A stretch of 32,000 nucleotides of DNA from an uncultured archaeon (lineage in GTDB: Archaea; Asgardarchaeota; Jordiarchaeia; Jordiarchaeales; Jordiarchaeaceae), in assembly GCA_964510585.1 (NCBI GenBank), contig CAZECW010000114.1, forward strand, positions 5,746 to 37,745. The letters run 5' to 3'. The position numbers were made by a program, and so were the translations under genes. The notes below the pieces were generated by a model. That model saw only the letters and a program-made list of their open reading frames with translations, made no database searches and was not told where the DNA came from. Positions 19,852 to 27,800 of the stretch are shown one piece after another (within the stretch, counting starts at the first letter, position 1; each line of letters starts with the position of its first letter).

Positions 19852-21449
19852 ACTCTATTCCTCTCCGCGAAGTCCCTATGGAGATCAAAGACTGTGTTTC
19901 CGCCGTAGCCCAGCTGTATGTCTCCCTTTTCAATGGTTACACAGAGAGGGTCCTTCAGCGGAGTGGCCATACCAGCTATCAGGAACTCTCCCACCCCCAA
20001 ACGAGGAAGAATCTTTTGAATCTCTGGAAAATCAGTGTAGTCTTCTATGGCTCTCATATCATTTGCTGCTGTTAAACACCCACAGAAGAGAGTGCTGAGG
20101 TTTGAGAAGACTGTTTTTGAGATTCGGGAGATTCTTTGATTAATGATGGTTAGGTTTGCCCCGAACTTGCGGCCCTCCTCAGAGAGGCTTGTTATTTTTC
20201 CTGAGGAAAGGTAGGGTTTTCCAACGGTTATCTGACCGTAGGAACCACCCATTTCAGGAATATAGTTTTTCGCCTCATCAATTATTAGGTGAATCGGGTA
20301 TCTGTTTCGAAGAATCAAATCAGCAATAGTTCCAATCTTAGCCTGTCTGGCATCCAATGTGTCACAAGAAGCGTCAATAACCAGTATGTTACCAGCAGCC
20401 CTCTTCCAAATTGTGTTGTACTGATCCACGCTGCCCCCTGCAAAAATATCTTTGCCCAGCAATTTAACCCGACGCCGTATGGCTGCACTCCAGCTGCTTA
20501 TAGAACCATCCTTTTTATAGAATTCGTCTAGCCACTCATTCACATAGGACATAAAACATTCACTATTAAGCTCCGCAGCACCACATGTGAAATCCATCAC
20601 GAAAATATCCGCCGCCACCTCTACAGCCTTCTTAGCCTGAGAGGGAAGCACATCTAATCCCAGAGTTTTAACAATATCGTTAGCATCTGTAGGAACCACC
20701 GGTAATTCTAAACTAGACATAACCTGGAAATTGCTACACAACTTGTCCAGATTGCTGGTAGCATATTCACCAGTATGATCCCAAACTATAACATTAACTT
20801 TCTTTTTTAGAGAGGATAACCCCACAATATTAGCCGCAGTGGTGACGCTCTTGCCCATACCTATACGGGCGAATATTCCCACCCCCAAACGCAGTATAGC
20901 TGAGGCGTCTAGATCCACTGGGTAATCGGTTTCGCGAATCTTACCCACAGGATAGTATTCTCCCTCCCTAGCGGGGTCTCGGAATAGGGCTTCGTAATCT
21001 TCCTTGTTGGATATGAATATGGGGGAACAGGGTTTGGGAGGGTGAGATAACCTGCGCACTCCGGGATGGGCAGGAATTCCATATATGCGAAGCTCGCCGA
21101 ACTTCATATTTTGATCTAGTCTGGGAACCTCACCGTAAAGGCTGGAGAAGTAGTTCAAAACGTCGGTGGTTGCCCCCCTTGTGGCAGCGAAAAGGTTTGA
21201 AACCAGCCCAATAGCTTTAGTTTTTTGGTGGCTGACGGTGAGGAGTTGGCCCTCATAAACATAATCCGTGGCGTAGTCGAAGACTGCGAAATCGCACTTT
21301 TTAGTGCTGGTTGGACTTGTTACGAAACCTACGGGAGAGGCGCCCTTCAAGATTTGTTCTTTTGAACGCAAATACTCATATTCTTCGACTTCGGAGCTCA
21401 TAACGGCTCGCAGCACGGATGTTTCGAGGCCTGTTTCCTCAACCGTCAT
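19848..21449 (-). CDS. herA: HerA-family ATPase/helicase (HAS barrel plus FtsK/HerA ATPase)
   Basis: Walker A FARIGMGKS, VWDHTGEY, Walker B LIIDEAK, arginine finger EGRKFG, and QR motif. N-terminal beta-rich HAS-like region ending in PPKPCSPI. Confidence 0.9.
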   Translation of the reverse strand: MTVEETGLETSVLRAVMSSEVEEYEYLRSKEQILKGASPVGFVTSPTSTKKCDFAVFDYATDYVYEGQLLTVSHQKTKAIGLVSNLFAATRGATTDVLNYFSSLYGEVPRLDQNMKFGELRIYGIPAHPGVRRLSHPPKPCSPIFISNKEDYEALFRDPAREGEYYPVGKIRETDYPVDLDASAILRLGVGIFARIGMGKSVTTAANIVGLSSLKKKVNVIVWDHTGEYATSNLDKLCSNFQVMSSLELPVVPTDANDIVKTLGLDVLPSQAKKAVEVAADIFVMDFTCGAAELNSECFMSYVNEWLDEFYKKDGSISSWSAAIRRRVKLLGKDIFAGGSVDQYNTIWKRAAGNILVIDASCDTLDARQAKIGTIADLILRNRYPIHLIIDEAKNYIPEMGGSYGQITVGKPYLSSGKITSLSEEGRKFGANLTIINQRISRISKTVFSNLSTLFCGCLTAANDMRAIEDYTDFPEIQKILPRLGVGEFLIAGMATPLKDPLCVTIEKGDIQLGYGGNTVFDLHRDFAERNRV

Positions 21450-21476
21450 ACAAATTACCCCGTAGGGCTTTAGCTT

Positions 21477-21515
21477 GGTTCATTTTATAGGTGAACCACT
21501 ATTTAAATTTAGTGG
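21477..21515. promoter_or_regulatory. Two overlapping inverted repeats around TATA-like cores upstream of herA
   Basis: GGTTCA-N9-TGAACC (21477-21497) and CCACTA-tttaaatt-TAGTGG (21496-21515). The minus strand reads TTTAAATA and TATAAAAT within them, 30-60 nt upstream of the herA ATG. Confidence 0.45.
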
Positions 21516-21551
21516 AAAACACAAAAAATTTTTGAATTAATGGAAGGATAA

Positions 21552-21592
21552 CCTATCATAATATATAAATAAAATGCGTTTTTTGTGATAGG
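21552..21592. repeat. 41-bp element copy 1: CCTATCA-N27-TGATAGG
   Basis: Perfect 7-bp inverted arms around an AT-rich spacer containing TATATAAATA. 31/41 identical to copy 2 by hand count. Confidence 0.75.
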
Positions 21593-21737
21593 ACTTCTTA
21601 TTTACTGAAAAAACTTTCTTGAAATTGTGAAAGTGGCAGGAGCAAAAAGAAGTAAGGTATGATACTTTGGGGAAAATTTGGATACTTTTTGAACAATTTT
21701 TACTGGTCTGGGGGCGAATCTGGAGGGCAAGCTTGTT

Positions 21738-21778
21738 CCTATCATTATTTATAAATAATTTCGGATAGTTGTGATAGT
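21738..21778. repeat. 41-bp element copy 2: CCTATCA-N27-TGATAGT
   Basis: Same arms and the same 27-nt spacing as copy 1. Contains the perfect palindrome ATTATTTATAAATAAT (21744-21759). Confidence 0.75.
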
Positions 21779-21966
21779 AGCTATGTTGTGCTTATTGTAC
21801 TTTTAAAGGGATATTTCTGAAAAAGACCATAAAATATATATACAGGATATATGATATTTCATACAAAAACCACCACTTCCACTCGTTTAGAAATAAATAA
21901 AATAATATTGACAGGTTTATTCGTCTTACCTACGGGAAAATCGGTGATTATTTCGAGGCGTCCTAG

Positions 21967-22263
21967 ATGATAGATGAATTACTAGGTTTGGGTAGATCAA
22001 AGACACGTTTGGATATTGTAAACCTCATGTTGGATGAGGGTAGACCCTTATCAGCTTCAGAGATAGCGGAAAAGCTGGGTATCAGCCTTAACGCTGCAAA
22101 TATTGCTATCCACTATTTGAATAAGGCGCGTCTTTTGAATAAGGTTGAACGTGGCATGTATGAGGTCAATGTTTATGCCTTCTGTAAGGCGTTTCTAACT
22201 TTTCTTTTAGGTTCTAAGGTTAGCGGTTATGCTGGTAAGAGTCTTGAAGAATACACAAAGTGA
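21967..22263 (+). CDS. Small winged helix-turn-helix protein 1 (98 aa)
   Basis: PLSASEIAEKLGISLNAANIAIHYLNKARLLNKVERGMYEVN. Confidence 0.85.
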   Translation: MIDELLGLGRSKTRLDIVNLMLDEGRPLSASEIAEKLGISLNAANIAIHYLNKARLLNKVERGMYEVNVYAFCKAFLTFLLGSKVSGYAGKSLEEYTK

Positions 22264-22283
22264 GTGGGAGGTGAAAAGCCAGG

Positions 22284-22562
22284 TTGAGTGGTCTATTAGA
22301 CGATACGGTGCTGCGGCTCCGAGGTGGCAGTCTAAAGGTTCTATCGCTTCTATCCATTTCGCACCGTCCCTTAAGGCCGGTTGAGATAGCGGATATTCTG
22401 GGCATGCAGCTCAACGATGTGGGAAAGTATCTTGTTAGGTTGGCTAGTAAAGGGCTGGTTTCGAAGGTTAACTTGAATGGCAATTCCACTGGTTACACTT
22501 CAAACCTAGATATTCTGGAACTTGTGCTGGACCATGAGCGTAGATTAAGGAATTTGGAGTAG
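22284..22562 (+). CDS. Small winged helix-turn-helix protein 2 (92 aa)
   Basis: PLRPVEIADILGMQLNDVGKYLVRLASKGLV. TTG start with GGAGGTGA RBS at 22267-22274. Confidence 0.85.
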   Translation: MSGLLDDTVLRLRGGSLKVLSLLSISHRPLRPVEIADILGMQLNDVGKYLVRLASKGLVSKVNLNGNSTGYTSNLDILELVLDHERRLRNLE

Positions 22563-22589
22563 GGCCTGTTTAGGAATGGGGGCTGCTTT

Positions 22590-22889
22590 TTGAGTTCCGA
22601 GGATAGCGATAATCTTTTTGACAAGTTCGACAAGCTTATGAGGATGAGGGATAATGCAAACAAGGTGCTCATCTACATTCTAACTAGCCCTAAGCCAGTG
22701 ACTCCTAAGGAGCTTATGGATAACTTGGGTTTGACTGAGAATAGTGTTTGGAAGACTGTTAGGCGATTGGAGGCAGATGGTTTTCTTAGATTGGTTGGTA
22801 GGGGGGAGTATGAGCCTAACTTGGGTTTGTTAACTGCGCTTCTTCTGTTTAAAGTGCAGGAGTTAATTAAAATGTTAGAAAAGAGATGA
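22590..22889 (+). CDS. Small winged helix-turn-helix protein 3 (99 aa)
   Basis: SPKPVTPKELMDNLGLTENSVWKTVRRLEADGFLRLVGRGEYEPNLG. Confidence 0.87.
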   Translation: MSSEDSDNLFDKFDKLMRMRDNANKVLIYILTSPKPVTPKELMDNLGLTENSVWKTVRRLEADGFLRLVGRGEYEPNLGLLTALLLFKVQELIKMLEKR

Positions 22890-22893
22890 TTGG

Positions 22894-23205
22894 ATGAGTG
22901 ATGATGAAGAGCAGATTAGTTCCAAGGAGGCGTTTAATAAATTATTGAGGCTGGGCGAGTCCTCCATTCAGATAATTGAGTACATACTTTGCTCACCTAA
23001 ACCCGTGACTCCTAAAGAACTGGTGGAAAAGTTGGGAATTACGGAAGGCACGGCTTGGAATGCGTTAAGCAGATTGCAGAAGATTGGTTTCCTTGTTACC
23101 AAAAGTAGGGGGGAGTACGAGGCAAATATAGGATTTATTTTAGCCATGGTTCTTTTCACACTAAGCGATATGGCTGAAAAATTGAGAGAAGTAAAGAGGA
23201 GGTGA
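22894..23205 (+). CDS. Small winged helix-turn-helix protein 4 (103 aa), close paralog of protein 3
   Basis: SPKPVTPKELVEKLGITEGTAWNALSRLQKIGFLVTKSRGEYEANIG. 38 of 87 aligned positions identical to protein 3 (hand count). Confidence 0.87.
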   Translation: MSDDEEQISSKEAFNKLLRLGESSIQIIEYILCSPKPVTPKELVEKLGITEGTAWNALSRLQKIGFLVTKSRGEYEANIGFILAMVLFTLSDMAEKLREVKRR

Positions 23206-23556
23206 ATACAAGGAGGAGTAACCGGAGAATGGAAAAGTTTGCAGGCTATTAAAATTTTCCGGGGAAGACATTTTCCACATCGAAACCATATTTTCCAGAA
23301 TTGAGAGATAGACTTGGCGGCTCCTACAAAACATGGAAAGATTTGGGTTCGTTGGTCTTGTGGTTTAAATATGAGCCCAATCAAATAATCAGGTGTAGGA
23401 AGGATGTGTCCCAAATATAAGATTCTTGGTGGCTAAAGCTCTGGAAATTGTTCTAAACGCTGACAAAGGGGATAAATGGTAAGAAGGAGGAACCAAAATG
23501 AATTAATTAAAATTTATGATTTAAAATTTAATTCAATGTGTTTGGAGGTTTAACAA

Positions 23557-23883
23557 ATGGAAGATGAAGATGTGTTTGAGGAAGGAGAGGCATTTGGGGG
23601 AGATTATAAGACTCTAATAAAGAAGTTAATTGATCCTAGAGCCAGAACTATGTATTCCATCTTGGAACTTCTGCTTCAAAATGTGAAGAGTGAACCGGTT
23701 TCTGCCAGTAATATAAAGGATAAGCTGGGGATTTCTAAGCAGGCGGCTACCAATGCTGCGCGTAGGCTTGAGGAAACAGGATTCATAACCCGCACGCCTG
23801 AGGGATATATGGTAAATCAGGGATTCATAATAAATTTGTTAATCCAACTTGTTGGGGAAATCTTGAAAAAACTGGAGCTCTAA
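23557..23883 (+). CDS. Small winged helix-turn-helix protein 5 (108 aa)
   Basis: PVSASNIKDKLGISKQAATNAARRLEETGFITRTPEGYMVNQG. GGAGGT RBS upstream and an acidic N-terminus. Confidence 0.87.
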   Translation: MEDEDVFEEGEAFGGDYKTLIKKLIDPRARTMYSILELLLQNVKSEPVSASNIKDKLGISKQAATNAARRLEETGFITRTPEGYMVNQGFIINLLIQLVGEILKKLEL

Positions 23884-23966
23884 ATCGAAAATTGGTAACT
23901 CAAAGAGCGTCCGCGAAGAAAAAGTAGAATAATCTGGAAGGTACTTGACAGAATCTTTGGAACTTT

Positions 23967-25076
23967 TTATATGGATATTTTCTCCAAGCCCTCAACTATG
24001 CTCTGGGTTCCCTTGCTTATTGCTACTTTTTCTAGGTCTGAACGTGTTACTATTTTACCCGTTTTTGCCGATAGGTAACATAGAAGAGCTACCTCTACAG
24101 CTTTTTTTGCCTCTTCGGGGGAGAAGGCTGGCTCCCTGTCGTTGAGTATGCATTCGGCGAAATGGGCATCCTCATTTCTAAATGAGATAATGTAATACAT
24201 TGGAAAAGGTTCATGCTCCACATCAGGGCTGAACCACTGGTATCTGTGTTCGCCAGCTTCTTTGCTAGTCGAGAATATCTGCACCGGTTTTTTCCAGGAG
24301 TGATCCTCTAGAATAGTTCCCTCTGTTCCGTAAAATTCCAGTCTGTTGTTTGGAGGGCTAAACACTGTGTCGCTTACAACAACACTACCAACGCATCCGT
24401 TTTCAAATTTTAGAAGCATCATAGCGTTGTCCTCAGCCTTATTCTGCAGTTTTATAATCTGCTTAGCTAGCCAGCAGTAAGCTGAATGCACGTCTCCTAA
24501 CATCCAATTCAGTATGGCGAATTTGTGCACTGCAGCGTCCATTAACACGCCGCCGCCTGCTTTTTTTGGTGAGCCCTTCCAGTGTTCAGGCTTTGCAAGA
24601 TCCGGGGTTTCATCCACACCCTCATAACCCCTTACGAGTATGGGGGTTCCTATCAGCCCAGTTTCCAGTGTTTTTTTGATGAGTTGATGTGCGGGTAGGA
24701 AGCGGTGGTTTTCTGCTATCATAAGTTTCACTCCAGCCTTTCTTGCCGCCTTTATCATTTTGTCGCACTCTTCAAGAGTTGGGGCCATAGGTTTCTCACA
24801 GAGAATGTGTTTACCAGCCTCTGCCGCTGCGACGGTTAGCTCGGCGTGTAGGTGGTGGGGGAGGGCTATGAGAACTGCATCAATATCATCATTTTTCATA
24901 ATGTCTTGATAATTCCTGGTTACTGTTAGATTGTAAATATCGGCCAATTTCTTAGCGTTTTCATAGTTCACATCAAAGGCAGATACTAGCTTAATCTTGT
25001 CCACATATTTACATGCCGAAGCGTGAAAATGAGCCGCTGTCCCGCATCCCAAAACACCAATTTTAACTTGTCTCAT
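23967..25076 (-). CDS. Gfo/Idh/MocA family NAD(P)-dependent oxidoreductase
   Basis: GVLGCG, PHHLH, GKHILCEKP, GGGVLMDAAVH. Confidence 0.93.
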   Translation of the reverse strand: MRQVKIGVLGCGTAAHFHASACKYVDKIKLVSAFDVNYENAKKLADIYNLTVTRNYQDIMKNDDIDAVLIALPHHLHAELTVAAAEAGKHILCEKPMAPTLEECDKMIKAARKAGVKLMIAENHRFLPAHQLIKKTLETGLIGTPILVRGYEGVDETPDLAKPEHWKGSPKKAGGGVLMDAAVHKFAILNWMLGDVHSAYCWLAKQIIKLQNKAEDNAMMLLKFENGCVGSVVVSDTVFSPPNNRLEFYGTEGTILEDHSWKKPVQIFSTSKEAGEHRYQWFSPDVEHEPFPMYYIISFRNEDAHFAECILNDREPAFSPEEAKKAVEVALLCYLSAKTGKIVTRSDLEKVAISKGTQSIVEGLEKISI

Positions 25077-25376
25077 TGTTTTCTACTCCTTAAAACCAAG
25101 TGTAATACATTCTCCAAATACTTAGTTTATTTTTTCTATATTACTGGAATTTAACCCTAATTGTAATATGATGTTATCTGCAAACTTATCAATTAAAATC
25201 ATAGTAAGGCAGGTTTCCCTCACACTTAATGCATTCTATGATGTAAGACTTGTGCCCGCCTCCTTATAGAAAAACTAAAATAGTGAGAATACGTGAATAA
25301 TCTGAAATCTTTTGAGTGGTTAGGAAAAATAATTTTGTTATTGGACGTTAAATTGTTTTGAGAAGAGGGTTTACCT

Positions 25377-27533
25377 ATGACGGTGTACGTGAATTTTCAC
25401 TTCCACTTGAACATGTTCTATGCAGAGTATACGGATGAGGAAGTGATTAGGCGTTTTCCAAACATTTATAGGGCTTTGCTGGATTTTTTTGACCGCTTTC
25501 CAGAGATTAGGGCGGGTTGGGATATTGAGTCTTCCCGATCCATTAATTTTCTCAAGAGAGCCGCCCCCGACGTCATTGAAAGAATTAACAAGGGTATTGA
25601 GAGGGGCCAGTTTGAAATTTTGCTAGACACTTGGAGTTTTAGTCTTCCTTCTATGCATACGGGTGAAGAGTTTGATTTTCAGCACAAGTTGGCCTTAAAG
25701 ACTTTAAGTGAAACTTTTAAGCGAGTCTCTAAAGGGTATTTTGCCCAAGAGTGCTCCTACCACTCTGCTATGCCCATCCTTTTGCGAAGGAACGGCGTGG
25801 AGTATTATGTGACTCAAATGGCTGCAGTTCGCAACTGGGTGGAAGATCTATCGGATCTAGATTACAGGATGCATGAGTTGGTTGCCTTTGATGGCAAAAC
25901 TACTATTCCCTGTGTGTTTTTCATAACTGGTGTTGTGGAGGATCCAGTTTCCAAGATAAAAGAAATGAAAGACCATAAGTTTGGCGATGTTCTAGTCGTA
26001 ATCTTGGAGGACGCTGAGGTTTTGCGAACAGACGTACTTGAAGGATACATAAAAGAGTTTGAGAAGTTAAAATATGTGAAGTACACTCTTTGCAGCGATT
26101 TTGTACGCAGAGCAAAGGTGGGAAGACGCTTAAACGCTCAAGATTTAACTTGGGTTACAGGTCCCTATGATCACCTGCTTTGGGTTAGGGATCCTTGGGA
26201 TCAGCATTTATGGACCTTGAATGAAAACGCTAGACAAGAAATTCGCAAAGCAGAGTTTTGGATAAATTGGGCCAAAAACCAAGGAATCGATGTGAGTGAA
26301 GAGGAAAGTGAATTGGAGGAGGCGAAGAAGTGGCTTCTTTTGGGCCAAAACTCGGACAAATTGGGTTGGGCTCCTTGCCCCTATAAGAGGTTTCAGGGAG
26401 AATATGAGTATCGCTACGCCTCCGAAATCGCAAGTATCGCGGGTGCATTTTCCAGCGAAAAGATTTTTTCAAGAATGAACTTCGATTTTTCAAGGGATTC
26501 TATCAAAAAGTATCTAATTTTCAATTACCACCCATACGAGGTGCCACTTATGCCTCTAAACATTGGGATCAAGCTGGAAGACCGGGTTCTAAAAATGGAG
26601 GAGCTGAGTTTCCAAGTTAAGGGAGAAACTGTACCTTGTGATTTTACGAGTTTCAGGAACCATTTTGATGGAACACTAAACGAAGCGAGCCTAGTTTACA
26701 TTGGAGGTTTGAAGCCTAGAGAGATTGCCACCGCCCAAATAGTTAGAGGAAAAGCGGAAGTTATCGGCAAAAACGCCTTTTCAGTTTCGAAAAAGGCTTT
26801 GGGCAATGAACTAGTTGAGCTACAGTTTGATGGGGGAGTTCCCTTGCGACTGGTTGACAAGTCTGAAGGTTCTGTTTATGGCGTGGAGGGTAAGGCATTC
26901 ATAGATTCTTTAGCCTTCTTCTTAGATGAAGACTCGCTTGAATCCGCTCCCTCACTGGAAGTGTCAAACAAGGGAAGCCGGGGTGTTTTTGCCGAAGTTA
27001 AATACACTCGGAAACTAACTAATAGTTCCAGCATATCCACGAAGTTCAGAGTTTATCGAGGCCTTCCTTTACTGGAGGTAGAAAGCCAAGTTGATGTGAG
27101 GGGTAGCCACGCGGGACGTATTGAACCCTTAAATATTAGACCTGGCATAAATAGGCCGAGGAAGCTCTGGAGAGACTTGGGAAGTCATCTGGTTCCCTTA
27201 GAGGTTAGCGGTAATAGAAAGTTCCATCCTTTTGTTAATGATTGGCTGGCTGTATCTGATGGCAAAAAAGGTTTAATTGTAGCTGGAGACGGCAAGATTC
27301 GATCATTTAAAGAAATTAGAGATGATGAAATGGAGATTAGCCTGTTTAAGGTAGAGTCCACCTACTCAAATGACCCTATGGAGGCCTTTCGAGGAGTATA
27401 CACCCAAAAATGTATTATGGTGCCCTTCTCGGGAAGTCTTCCAGACAAGTACGTATCTATGGCTAGATGCTATACAATGTCTCCAGGAATTGTAGGCATG
27501 ATACAATATGAAGGATTCAGAAAAGTAGTGTAA
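25377..27533 (+). CDS. Glycoside hydrolase, GH57-like catalytic domain with C-terminal beta-rich domains
   Basis: FHFHLN (HxHQP-like), GYFAQE (nucleophile region), ILEDAE (acid/base region), W...W and NSD..GW motifs, followed by a beta-strand-rich C-terminal half. Confidence 0.65.
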   Translation: MTVYVNFHFHLNMFYAEYTDEEVIRRFPNIYRALLDFFDRFPEIRAGWDIESSRSINFLKRAAPDVIERINKGIERGQFEILLDTWSFSLPSMHTGEEFDFQHKLALKTLSETFKRVSKGYFAQECSYHSAMPILLRRNGVEYYVTQMAAVRNWVEDLSDLDYRMHELVAFDGKTTIPCVFFITGVVEDPVSKIKEMKDHKFGDVLVVILEDAEVLRTDVLEGYIKEFEKLKYVKYTLCSDFVRRAKVGRRLNAQDLTWVTGPYDHLLWVRDPWDQHLWTLNENARQEIRKAEFWINWAKNQGIDVSEEESELEEAKKWLLLGQNSDKLGWAPCPYKRFQGEYEYRYASEIASIAGAFSSEKIFSRMNFDFSRDSIKKYLIFNYHPYEVPLMPLNIGIKLEDRVLKMEELSFQVKGETVPCDFTSFRNHFDGTLNEASLVYIGGLKPREIATAQIVRGKAEVIGKNAFSVSKKALGNELVELQFDGGVPLRLVDKSEGSVYGVEGKAFIDSLAFFLDEDSLESAPSLEVSNKGSRGVFAEVKYTRKLTNSSSISTKFRVYRGLPLLEVESQVDVRGSHAGRIEPLNIRPGINRPRKLWRDLGSHLVPLEVSGNRKFHPFVNDWLAVSDGKKGLIVAGDGKIRSFKEIRDDEMEISLFKVESTYSNDPMEAFRGVYTQKCIMVPFSGSLPDKYVSMARCYTMSPGIVGMIQYEGFRKVV

Positions 27534-27800
27534 CCTACATTCCAAACCCCTCGATTAATTCTTACTTTTTGGCACAATTAGAAGTCATGTTTAGGGGAGA
27601 GTTTTCCCGCCTAAATTTTAGGAAGTCTGAATTGACACCAGAAGAAACAAACGTTAACAAGAAGAGACGCGAAAGTTGTAAAAGGAGTGATGAGACTGAG
27701 CCTAAATGAAGTAAATTGTTTAAAGGGCCATAAGAAGATTTTAAAACTTGGATGTGTCCTCTAAAAACAGAAAAGAAGCTTTTCTACATGAGGGTAGTTT

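Noticed and set aside
21659-21754. 31-codon ORF (MILWGKFG...) between the two 41-bp repeats
   Set aside because: Weak RBS, no recognisable features, and it runs into repeat copy 2.
22968-23414. 148-aa minus-strand ORF with a CxxC-like motif
   Set aside because: Antisense to wHTH4 over much of its length, with no RBS and no recognisable family; likely a shadow ORF.
17743-23966. Possibility that the herA/wHTH cassette is an integrated element with att sites or target duplications
   Set aside because: No integrase or transposase, and no flanking direct repeat found by eye at either boundary; mobility is unsupported.
25190-25265. Minus-strand frame encoding ...IECIKCEG... near an AGGAGG
   Set aside because: No in-frame start after the upstream stop and too short to call a zinc-finger gene.
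27586-27708. 40-codon ORF and a weak hairpin between the GH57-like and sulfite-oxidase-like genes
   Set aside because: No RBS or homology cue, and the hairpin is imperfect and not IS- or terminator-like.
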